The translations under genes and the position numbers were made by a program. DNA of 64,000 bases from Giardia intestinalis (taxonomy: Eukaryota). Numbering within the stretch: position 1 is the first letter of the stretch; each line of letters starts with the position of its first letter. This document shows positions 29,801-37,404 of the stretch, one piece after another. The stretch lies in the NCBI GenBank assembly GCA_000002435.2, contig CM018792.1; one strand, given 5' to 3'. The notes under the pieces are model-generated. The model did not search any database. It was not told where the DNA came from and saw only the letters and a list, made by a program, of their open reading frames with translations.

Positions 29801-29988
29801 TCTGCGAGTGCAACCCGGGATTCAACCTGAACGATAGAAAAGACGCGTGCGAGGCGGTTGCCAACACAAACAAGAGTAGTGGCCTTTCTACCGGCGCCAT
29901 TGCAGGCATTGCTGTGGCTGCTGTTATTGTCGTCGGGGGCCTCGTCGGCTTCCTCTGCTGGTGGTTCCTCTGCCGGGGCAAAGCGTAG
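26899..29988 (+). CDS. Variant-specific surface protein (VSP) with 13 identical 74-aa cysteine-rich tandem repeats, TM helix and the invariant CRGKA cytoplasmic tail
   Basis: Track ORF begins at GTG 26668. The real ATG is at 26899 (MLVGFLLVCATVLA signal peptide). Body is rich in CxxC/CxxxC motifs. C-terminus is ...GLVGFLCWWFLCRGKA*. VSP polyA motif follows the stop. Confidence 0.92.
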   Translation: MLVGFLLVCATVLAKYSGKTSSEAVANTNCAQELQNAGCKTCGPNDQTCLDCKTPGENVQLDKRSCGPTCPQNSSPNQNVCECNPGFNLNDRKDACEAVANTNCAQELQNAGCKTCGPNDQTCLDCKTPGENVQLDKRSCGPTCPQNSSPNQNVCECNPGFNLNDRKDACEAVANTNCAQELQNAGCKTCGPNDQTCLDCKTPGENVQLDKRSCGPTCPQNSSPNQNVCECNPGFNLNDRKDACEAVANTNCAQELQNAGCKTCGPNDQTCLDCKTPGENVQLDKRSCGPTCPQNSSPNQNVCECNPGFNLNDRKDACEAVANTNCAQELQNAGCKTCGPNDQTCLDCKTPGENVQLDKRSCGPTCPQNSSPNQNVCECNPGFNLNDRKDACEAVANTNCAQELQNAGCKTCGPNDQTCLDCKTPGENVQLDKRSCGPTCPQNSSPNQNVCECNPGFNLNDRKDACEAVANTNCAQELQNAGCKTCGPNDQTCLDCKTPGENVQLDKRSCGPTCPQNSSPNQNVCECNPGFNLNDRKDACEAVANTNCAQELQNAGCKTCGPNDQTCLDCKTPGENVQLDKRSCGPTCPQNSSPNQNVCECNPGFNLNDRKDACEAVANTNCAQELQNAGCKTCGPNDQTCLDCKTPGENVQLDKRSCGPTCPQNSSPNQNVCECNPGFNLNDRKDACEAVANTNCAQELQNAGCKTCGPNDQTCLDCKTPGENVQLDKRSCGPTCPQNSSPNQNVCECNPGFNLNDRKDACEAVANTNCAQELQNAGCKTCGPNDQTCLDCKTPGENVQLDKRSCGPTCPQNSSPNQNVCECNPGFNLNDRKDACEAVANTNCAQELQNAGCKTCGPNDQTCLDCKTPGENVQLDKRSCGPTCPQNSSPNQNVCECNPGFNLNDRKDACEAVANTNCAQELQNAGCKTCGPNDQTCLDCKTPGENVQLDKRSCGPTCPQNSSPNQNVCECNPGFNLNDRKDACEAVANTNKSSGLSTGAIAGIAVAAVIVVGGLVGFLCWWFLCRGKA
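26965..29877 (+). repeat. Tandem array of 13 complete copies of a 222-bp unit, plus a 27-bp start of a 14th, inside the VSP gene
   Basis: Period 222 bp (unit starts 26965, 27187, 27409 ... 29629). Copies appear nucleotide-identical. Each encodes EAVANTNCAQELQNAGCKTCGPNDQTCLDCKTPGENVQLDKRSCGPTCPQNSSPNQNVCECNPGFNLNDRKDAC (10 Cys). Confidence 0.95.
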
Positions 29989-29994
29989 ATTTAA

Positions 29995-30015
29995 CTGTAC
30001 ACTTAGGTAGTAAAC
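29995..30015 (+). promoter_or_regulatory. VSP-type extended polyadenylation signal (CTGTACACTTAGGTAGTAAAC; core AGTAAAC)
   Basis: Located 7-27 nt after the VSP stop; matches the conserved ACTYAGRTAGTRAAY element described downstream of Giardia VSP genes. Confidence 0.6.
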
Positions 30016-30373
30016 GTATTATATCAACGGATTCCGCTGGGGGCTGCCCGAGTGTAATTCTTGATTGCACAGTACTGCGGGACAATAAACAAATACAAGC
30101 TCAGTAGTTGTGGGCTCACATTTCCCTAGTAGTAGATAGCCCTTTACAAAAAGCTTCAGGAAGAGATGAACACTAAGGTGGGCACAGGGTAGCAAGATAG
30201 ACTTAAGGAGAAAAGGATGCTTCATCAGAACTAGACACTAGAGGACTTTAGATGTAGAACAGCCGATTGTAAATTTGAGTAGCAACTTGTGCTAAGCAAT
30301 ACCAATGAGTAGTTGCAGAATCACCCGCTGAAGCAGAGCAAGTTCGATGTTTTAATTGTAAATTTCAAATCTT

Positions 30374-30694
30374 ATGCCATTGGGGCTTAAGCCAGAAAAT
30401 GTCCAGAACTACGATGTTATACACAGAGAACTGGAGAAGAAGAACATAGAATCTCGCTGTAAGTGGCAAAAGACTTACGGAAATTGGTTTGACGAATCGG
30501 ATGCGCGTTTCCTAAAGACAGTGAGTGAGATGAAGAGTGACAATTCTGCCCTTCCAGCTGACACTTATAAGTATAAGCCTGTTCTCAAACATCCCTTTAA
30601 TCCTAACAATCTAGAGGAAGGGCTTTTTAAGCCAAATGACTTTTCAGTTCCAAAGTGTCAAGAAACCAGTGTTTGCGACATGCCAGGCTGGTAG
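30374..30694 (+). CDS. Small hypothetical protein, 106 aa
   Basis: True ATG with A/T-rich upstream (taaatttcaaatcttATG); no recognised domain. Confidence 0.3.
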   Translation: MPLGLKPENVQNYDVIHRELEKKNIESRCKWQKTYGNWFDESDARFLKTVSEMKSDNSALPADTYKYKPVLKHPFNPNNLEEGLFKPNDFSVPKCQETSVCDMPGW

Positions 30695-30809
30695 GCGTAT
30701 AAGTGCATAGTAGTGATCATAGTGTAGCACTTGGATCGCGGACAGTAGACTTGTAAACGGCCATTTTCTTGCGCTGGGAATCGCGACCGCCAATTAAAAA
30801 TCAAAAAAC

Positions 30810-33800
30810 ATGCAACCCCAGGTTGTCAGGCAGCTATCGTCCGCAACGCCTGGGAAAATAATAGTTGTCAAGGAGCAGGAGCCGCGTCCTATTCGGTCAG
30901 GTTCCGCACATTATGCTATGGACAGACGGGCTGCTCCGCCTAGTACCGCTTATTCTGGTCCAGGCAGAAAGAAATCCTCCAGCAGTAAGCAAGCGCACGC
31001 CAAGAATACTCCTAAGCAGACAGGTAAGAAGAAGATGCGCAGCGGCACGCCAAAGAAGCAGCGGATTCCAGAGCCGCCACAGCTTCAGCCTCCAGTGCGG
31101 CATAAAGATACCAGTCTTAAGGATACTTTGGTTACCGCGTTGTTAGCTCGCATGCGCGCTGAGGGACCGCTGTTTGGAGCTTCTGTTTCCCGATCCATCA
31201 CGCCGAGTGGGGTCGCCCCGGCCCCTCAGCAATCTATCTTTACTACCACCTCTATGGAGGACGAACTTATCAAGAAGCTAAAGCAAGCTGTTGTTGACAC
31301 GCTCCATGAAGAAGGGATAAGCAGGCATGAAGATTCACCTAAGGTGCTTCGAAATAGCTTGACTTCGACGAGGAATTTTGGGACAGAGACAGACAGACCT
31401 CGGGACAGGAGCGATGATAGAGTAGCAAAAGATGTGCGTAAACGCAAGAAGGCTGACCCAGGGGCGACTCAGGTTACAAAGACATCGGTTCAGCTTCCTA
31501 ATAGACTAAACGCTATACAGCAAAAGACTAAGGCAGAGCCACCAGTGCAGTCAGCCTATGATGATTTTCAGGATAATGACCTTTACGAAAAAGAGCTAAA
31601 CGAGCTAATGAACAGCACTTATATTCCTGGAACGACAGTCGACGAGTACACTGTCAATCCATCTTCAGCAGACGACGTAATTGATTTGACGGCTCCGGTA
31701 AAGTCAGACGCACACGTCCCAGCACTATATGACCGTGTCAACATGGACTGGCCTTCTCGTGAAGGCAAGCAAGCAAAGCGTACCAACAATCTTGCTGAGG
31801 GGCAACCTCCAGATCCTCTAACTGAGAACTATGACGGAAGCGATAGCGAGCAGTCAGTGGTCACCAAAGAGCTCCATAATGCCGTCGAGATGATTACAAA
31901 GCTTGCCCCGTTGGTGCCCAACAACACCAAGGAAGACAAGAACATTTCTCAAATGGTAACAAATCTTAGCACAGCCATCAATACTATATATCATGCCTAT
32001 AAAGAGGACAAGCACACTCCGGTGATTTCTTCTCCTGATACACGCAGAATAGGGAACTCCAAGAAGTCATCTCCTTTTGAGGGGCCGTTATATCAGCATG
32101 CTCAGCACGCTATCGCGCGCAATGAGGTCTCTGATACTCAGGACCATGTCCCTAGCTATAAAGATCCTGTCGGTATTAAAAAGGCACTGGATGACGCCAT
32201 ATTTGAATACCCAGAAATTCCTGAAAAGGTCATGACCAAGATGATACAGCGCGTTGCCTCTCAGGTTGATCGGGACCCCAATATTACTGAGGAGATGGCC
32301 AAGCAGCTTTTCAAGGAGGAGATAGACAGCTTCTTGATAAAAGCTGCTGCAGAAAAGGGTGACAAAGTTGAGCTGGCGTTAGCGTACAGCAATATGGCGT
32401 CATCTAAGGTCGGGTTAATATCCGGTGACTCAGGAAAGAAAGTGGCTCCACCAGGCCTTGCTGACGAGGACAGTGCGCCGTCGATGACACTTCCTGAGCA
32501 AAATGATCCGCACTATGCTCCTTATAACACGGGGGCGCATCCCACTAGATATCAGCGGTCTCATTTGACGTCTGTCAGGACCCATCCAACAACCACAGAA
32601 ACAGATCATGCAGGTGTCATGGAATCCAACAGATCATCTTCAGCAACGGATCTCACCCAGATGAGTCTATCAGACTATACTAATATACCTGTTCCGAAAA
32701 TAGAAAAGATCAAGCCAGCCTCTTCATATGCGTCAGAAACCAGCGTTGACTATGTTATACAGAGGACAAACTTCGATAGGGAGATCCCTTACGAGGGCAC
32801 TACACCCCACAGTATTCCCAATCCATTTACACACGCGCAGGGCACCCGTCAGCTGTCTCCAGAAAGGTATAGATATTCTCCGCAGGACGAATACCTGGAG
32901 CGCGAGTCATCTGACTTCAAAAATCTTCAGCATGCTGATCTTCAGCCTATAAAGGTCGTCCCCACTATCACTAATCCCACGTATCTACCGCAGCAACACA
33001 TCAAGGCCTCCCCTCCTCCAGCCGATAACACAAACGAGTATGAGTTCAATGACTTGTGCGAGGAGCTCGACAGTACAACTCAAGGAATTGATACAACGGT
33101 GATACCGTTAATTCCAGACAACTACAAATTTGACGACTTAGACCCCAGCCAGCTACAAAACAAGCCTGTAATAGACATTGAACATGAACTCAATCTTGGC
33201 AACACACTACAAGCAGAGGAGCCAACAGATGGATACGACCGATATATGACTCAAAAGGAAAAGCTCTCTCGGCAGAATTTTTTTGATGGAGCGGCTGGTC
33301 TGCCAGTAATAACAACAGAGGTAGATCAGCCTGATCATGACACTCTTGTAAAAAGGGTTATGGATGACGAATCAAAGGACTGGGACACGCAGATAAATGA
33401 GCAGCTGGACTTTGTCGACGAAGAGAGCGACAGCGAGCCGGTCGACCTGCAACAGGGAGCCTCTGTGGAGCCTGCTTTGGCGGATGCTGCACCTGCCACT
33501 ACTACTAATACTACCGTCCTCCCTCAAGAGCTTATTTCGGCGAGCAAAAGTTTTGGCATTGATGAATCAATATTAAATCTGCACCATCATGCAATCTCTT
33601 CTGGTAACAATTCAGATTATAATGAGGCACCTAGTATACCTGGAGCGCCTGACGAGTCTCTAGAAAACCCTCCTTTGGGTTCTAAAACAACAGATACCGT
33701 TAATATTGAGCACCCAGAATATATAGTAGATCATCGAGAAGAAGCACAGTACAACGAGCTTACCAACGAAAAAGATAGCGGATTTAAATCCGATCTAGTG

Positions 33801-34460
33801 CCAGCGACGCACCCTGAGCCTTCCAATTCGCAGATGATACAGCATCCAGAAGAGCTAGAGTTAGAACCGGAGCCGCGCCAGCCGATACTTTACGAACCAG
33901 ATCCAAATGTCACTAGCAAAGAAGTCGAGCAGTACGTTGACGTCTTTTGTACTTTTATCGAAAACGCTACCGACGTTTCCGTCTCCTTGGACGCACTCAT
34001 TGATGTAGATAATAAGACAACGCATCTATCTGCGCTCTTTGATTGCTGCATAATGGCGCTATCTAGTGTTGGGCTTTGCGTCGTATCACAGTTGAGCAAG
34101 GCGGTCATCACAGACTGCGACGCCTTGGAAGCAGACTATTTGGACAACAATGGGTTTTACAAGTTTACCCTGGAACCTATCGATCACTTCGTTGATGTAT
34201 TTCTTATTAAAGACAGATTTCGAGCTGCACTGGCTGAGGGATATGCAAAGGACATGACCCGGCTTCATGCGTATTTAGCTCAGCAGCTTAAAGCGGCTGC
34301 TACTGTTCAACCTTCATATACAGCTGCAGTAACTGCGGGTGTTAAGCAAACAGAACAGATCTTCTTTGATGAAATGGATGCTGTACAGCTATCTCGTGAA
34401 ATCGCAGATAGGGTTCTAGATGACGTTGCTAGCGAAGTTGCAGCCCTGTTTTCCTTGTAA
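30810..34460 (+). CDS. Hypothetical acidic, low-complexity protein, 1216 aa
   Basis: 3.6-kb ORF from a true ATG (aaaaaacATG). Basic N-terminal stretch, then long acidic/Ser-Thr-Pro-rich, likely disordered regions. Confidence 0.55.
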   Translation: MQPQVVRQLSSATPGKIIVVKEQEPRPIRSGSAHYAMDRRAAPPSTAYSGPGRKKSSSSKQAHAKNTPKQTGKKKMRSGTPKKQRIPEPPQLQPPVRHKDTSLKDTLVTALLARMRAEGPLFGASVSRSITPSGVAPAPQQSIFTTTSMEDELIKKLKQAVVDTLHEEGISRHEDSPKVLRNSLTSTRNFGTETDRPRDRSDDRVAKDVRKRKKADPGATQVTKTSVQLPNRLNAIQQKTKAEPPVQSAYDDFQDNDLYEKELNELMNSTYIPGTTVDEYTVNPSSADDVIDLTAPVKSDAHVPALYDRVNMDWPSREGKQAKRTNNLAEGQPPDPLTENYDGSDSEQSVVTKELHNAVEMITKLAPLVPNNTKEDKNISQMVTNLSTAINTIYHAYKEDKHTPVISSPDTRRIGNSKKSSPFEGPLYQHAQHAIARNEVSDTQDHVPSYKDPVGIKKALDDAIFEYPEIPEKVMTKMIQRVASQVDRDPNITEEMAKQLFKEEIDSFLIKAAAEKGDKVELALAYSNMASSKVGLISGDSGKKVAPPGLADEDSAPSMTLPEQNDPHYAPYNTGAHPTRYQRSHLTSVRTHPTTTETDHAGVMESNRSSSATDLTQMSLSDYTNIPVPKIEKIKPASSYASETSVDYVIQRTNFDREIPYEGTTPHSIPNPFTHAQGTRQLSPERYRYSPQDEYLERESSDFKNLQHADLQPIKVVPTITNPTYLPQQHIKASPPPADNTNEYEFNDLCEELDSTTQGIDTTVIPLIPDNYKFDDLDPSQLQNKPVIDIEHELNLGNTLQAEEPTDGYDRYMTQKEKLSRQNFFDGAAGLPVITTEVDQPDHDTLVKRVMDDESKDWDTQINEQLDFVDEESDSEPVDLQQGASVEPALADAAPATTTNTTVLPQELISASKSFGIDESILNLHHHAISSGNNSDYNEAPSIPGAPDESLENPPLGSKTTDTVNIEHPEYIVDHREEAQYNELTNEKDSGFKSDLVPATHPEPSNSQMIQHPEELELEPEPRQPILYEPDPNVTSKEVEQYVDVFCTFIENATDVSVSLDALIDVDNKTTHLSALFDCCIMALSSVGLCVVSQLSKAVITDCDALEADYLDNNGFYKFTLEPIDHFVDVFLIKDRFRAALAEGYAKDMTRLHAYLAQQLKAAATVQPSYTAAVTAGVKQTEQIFFDEMDAVQLSREIADRVLDDVASEVAALFSL

Positions 34461-34520
34461 ATTTCCCTCTTTGACAGAAGCGAATTAAAAAATTAGGCGT
34501 TTTGCCACTGGCCTTCTTTG

Positions 34521-35174
34521 ATGGTGAGTGACCATTCGCTGGATGTAATTCAAGAAATAAGCCAAGTGGTAGAGGCTAGCCCCAATCAAGCTGCAATAGA
34601 GCGCTCTCTATCCAAGGAGCGAGTAGATCGAGGGTCCTTCGGCGTACTAGACAACCTAGCGCTTCCTGTTCCTGGGGACGGTTCTACTAGGATAGCTTTT
34701 GGTGCTAGCGCGTCCTCCTCACCTGCGACTGTCTCTCATTCTAACAGACACACAGTCGGCTTTGCTTCAAGTGCCTCAAGACTGCCTCCCCCGACAACCT
34801 CGACTACGTTCCAGAATAACATGGTTATGGGAGCTCCTTCTAACCTTTCCACACTTGGCTCCATCAACGCAAGGTATGCGAGTACCCAGTACAGTAGAGA
34901 GCCAGACCCCCTGTCATGCGCACCCTCCGTTGCTCTGTCCACTGGACAACAGCTCCACATGCCACTCACGCTTGACACATTTCTTGATATGGAAGTGAAA
35001 ACGATTAACTCGCTTATGGATGGAGTCACGCGCATTAGCAACAAGCTCAGAGACATTGGAATAAGTTTTAGGCAACGACAGATCTCCTCAAGAGAGCGAA
35101 TCGCGGATGTGGTGGGCAGGATATTCGACGAAACCATTATCGAAGTCTACAAAAAGCCCCTCACGGAGGACTGA
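34521..35174 (+). CDS. Hypothetical protein, 217 aa
   Basis: Track start is TTG; ATG is one codon later. Ser-rich. Its 3' end overlaps the convergent downstream gene by 14 nt. Confidence 0.4.
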   Translation: MVSDHSLDVIQEISQVVEASPNQAAIERSLSKERVDRGSFGVLDNLALPVPGDGSTRIAFGASASSSPATVSHSNRHTVGFASSASRLPPPTTSTTFQNNMVMGAPSNLSTLGSINARYASTQYSREPDPLSCAPSVALSTGQQLHMPLTLDTFLDMEVKTINSLMDGVTRISNKLRDIGISFRQRQISSRERIADVVGRIFDETIIEVYKKPLTED

Positions 35175-36066
35175 AGCAGCGAGTAAGATCATTGTGCCTG
35201 GGAGTACCCTTGATCATCCCTTTGTGATAGCACGGTGAGAAGTCAAAGAATGAACTCGCACAAAGCGTTCCCAAGGCAAAGGTGAAATATATGCGCTCGT
35301 CCATCTGTGGCCAAGGAAAGTTGACAAGATGCAAAGTGTTTATGTTTCCAGTAACAGACTCCCCCTGTCCCAAGACATGGAACTGAACATCTTTAGGGAC
35401 AGATTCTTGAAAGATATAAGACGTTCCCCGGTTAATACAAACTACACTCTGGTCCCAGAGGAGGGTGCCTCTGCTAACGAGTAGAGGGATTAATTCTTGT
35501 ACATTGCCCTCATTTCGGACCTGCAAAGAGAACACGCCATCACCTAGGGGATTTCGTGCCTCCAAAACTGTTGGTGGGATTACTCTAGTCACAGTAAGTA
35601 TTATATTAGAGGAAAAACGCAGCACAGGTCTACCTGTCACAGCGCATCGGGGTCCTGAATGAAGCCCAGGAAAGGGGGCCTTGAATGGCGATATGAACTT
35701 GTCATTCTCGGTCACCCATCCGGGGACTCCCTTGTTGATCGTAGCTGCCAGTTCACGTATATCTGCCATACTTTGGCAAATGGTGTAAACGGTGTATAGC
35801 GGCGTGTTGTCAGCGACGTGTAAGGGCGTGAGATTTCCGCCCAGTAAGGCATATTGCCCCGAGCCTAGACCAGGCTTCTTGTCTGCTGCCATGATAACAA
35901 CTCCATCTACAGGAGGGTCGCCTCGCCATACTTCCACATCTCGAAGTGCAACTCTAAACAATGATAGGTCACCTGCTGTACCCATTGCATCACCTACTGA
36001 CATAATGCGACCTCCCAATAGACAAGAGCACTCGATGAGCCGAGTAATGTTTGTCTCTGATGGCAT
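35161..36066 (-). CDS. Hypothetical protein, ~301 aa
   Basis: Track start 36072 is TTG; first ATG is at 36066. Gly-rich loop (VVIMAADKKPGLGSGQYALLGGN) suggests a nucleotide or small-molecule binding fold, but no family assigned. Confidence 0.45.
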   Translation of the reverse strand: MPSETNITRLIECSCLLGGRIMSVGDAMGTAGDLSLFRVALRDVEVWRGDPPVDGVVIMAADKKPGLGSGQYALLGGNLTPLHVADNTPLYTVYTICQSMADIRELAATINKGVPGWVTENDKFISPFKAPFPGLHSGPRCAVTGRPVLRFSSNIILTVTRVIPPTVLEARNPLGDGVFSLQVRNEGNVQELIPLLVSRGTLLWDQSVVCINRGTSYIFQESVPKDVQFHVLGQGESVTGNINTLHLVNFPWPQMDERIYFTFALGTLCASSFFDFSPCYHKGMIKGTPRHNDLTRCFSPP

Positions 36067-36204
36067 TATCAAATTTTAGCGTAAGAAAAGGTGACAAACC
36101 GAGAACGAACGCAGAGCTGCTAGAGATTTGCATGAGCTTATTAAGTAGCGCGCATTTACAAGTGCCGTGATATTAAGAAGGTAAGGCACTTTCAAGGCTT
36201 TAAT

Positions 36205-37293
36205 TTAAACTGACAAGGTATTGGAAACACTGGAGCTAATGGCTGTAGCGGCTGTCTCAGCTGCCCTTCTGGAAAAGACTCTCAGAAGTGCTCGTCGTGT
36301 TTTAGACAATCCACGATAGAACATACTAACCGTCGCCCCCCACGACCTTTGAAGCCATCCCTGTGCTTCGCCAGACGATGAGGGAGACGTGTTTGTGGTT
36401 ATATCCTTACTATTATGCTCTAGACTTACTTGTGGAGCATGTTGGACTTCCTCTGTGCAATTGGTAGTACACCCCTCGGGCTTCTTAGAAACTGTCCTCG
36501 TGGCCGACTTAGATGCTGCACGCTTAACTATTGACTGTGGCACCTGCAGTCCTTGAGTAAGTTGACCCAGCACACCTGCTTTTTTAGCAAAGTATTCCTC
36601 TATTTTTGTTCGCTTGACAACAGGGGCACTTGCGGCTGGTCTCATAATCTTAGGATGGCGAGGAGTAATGGAAGGTACGGGCCGAGTCTCAGGGACAGCA
36701 TTCTCTATCCCTTTGAGGAAAAGGTGTATGGTTTGTTGATTTTGCTTCTGTGCATATGCTGCAGCTGCCCTTACATCATCTGCTACTACACTCTGACTCT
36801 TCTCTATCAGCTTTTTCACCACCACAAGGCGCCCTGCCCGGATGGCATGAAAGAGCGCCGTCTCGTTATTGTTATCCTTCATGAAATCCATATATGGGCA
36901 GAGAAACTCTACTATTTGAAGATGGCCGCACTGTACTGCTAGCATTAGCGCCGTGGTTCCGTCTCGGAGAACATAGCAACATTCTCTCTCAATAAGAAGT
37001 TCGCACACCTTCAAGTTATTGGCACATGCGGCATACATCAGGGCTGTGTATCCATCCGAGTTTCCCAGCGTGTACTCAAAGTAGAGCAGTGCTTTGACAA
37101 TGTCTAGTTGATTGAAGTAGGCCGCAAGCATAAGACCCGACTCACTCAGGCTATTCACCTTTGCCTTGCATTTTGCAATATTGTCTCGTACAAACTGCAA
37201 GTCTCCGAGCTGGCAGGCCGTTAGCCAGGCCTCGAGATCGTCAGTCATTTCGTTTTTAAACCGGGCTTTGAGAAAGCCGTGTGAAGTATCCAT
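36205..37293 (-). CDS. Ankyrin-repeat protein (Giardia 'Protein 21.1'-type), 362 aa
   Basis: Several ~33-aa ankyrin repeats (..GYTALMYAACANNLKVCELLI.., ..GTTALMLAVQCGHLQIVEFL.., ..NETALFHAIRAGRLVVVKKLI..), followed by a low-complexity tail. Confidence 0.7.
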   Translation of the reverse strand: MDTSHGFLKARFKNEMTDDLEAWLTACQLGDLQFVRDNIAKCKAKVNSLSESGLMLAAYFNQLDIVKALLYFEYTLGNSDGYTALMYAACANNLKVCELLIERECCYVLRDGTTALMLAVQCGHLQIVEFLCPYMDFMKDNNNETALFHAIRAGRLVVVKKLIEKSQSVVADDVRAAAAYAQKQNQQTIHLFLKGIENAVPETRPVPSITPRHPKIMRPAASAPVVKRTKIEEYFAKKAGVLGQLTQGLQVPQSIVKRAASKSATRTVSKKPEGCTTNCTEEVQHAPQVSLEHNSKDITTNTSPSSSGEAQGWLQRSWGATVSMFYRGLSKTRRALLRVFSRRAAETAATAISSSVSNTLSV

Positions 37294-37404
37294 TCCCTAC
37301 TATTCTCTTACCACCCTATGCTTATGTTACTGATTGGCAAGGACTCTGTACGAAGGTCTGAGCATCTTCACCTCTAACAATAAGAAGCCGGCCAGAAAAA
37401 AATC

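Noticed and set aside
26814-29981. Very long minus-strand ORFs (1055 aa and 959 aa) and a ladder of thirteen 64-aa plus-strand ORFs (MPTQTAHKSCRMRAARR...) across the VSP repeat array
   Set aside because: These are out-of-frame and antisense readings of a stop-free 222-bp repeat. Periodicity alone keeps them open. The in-frame VSP reading, with signal peptide, CxxC motifs and CRGKA tail, explains the locus.
4797-30373. tRNA genes in the larger non-coding gaps (4797-5323, 19679-20172, 30016-30373)
   Set aside because: I could not find a convincing cloverleaf (no 7-bp acceptor pairing with a GTTCGAATC-type T-arm). A gttcgagg stretch near 5095 lacks a matching T-stem.
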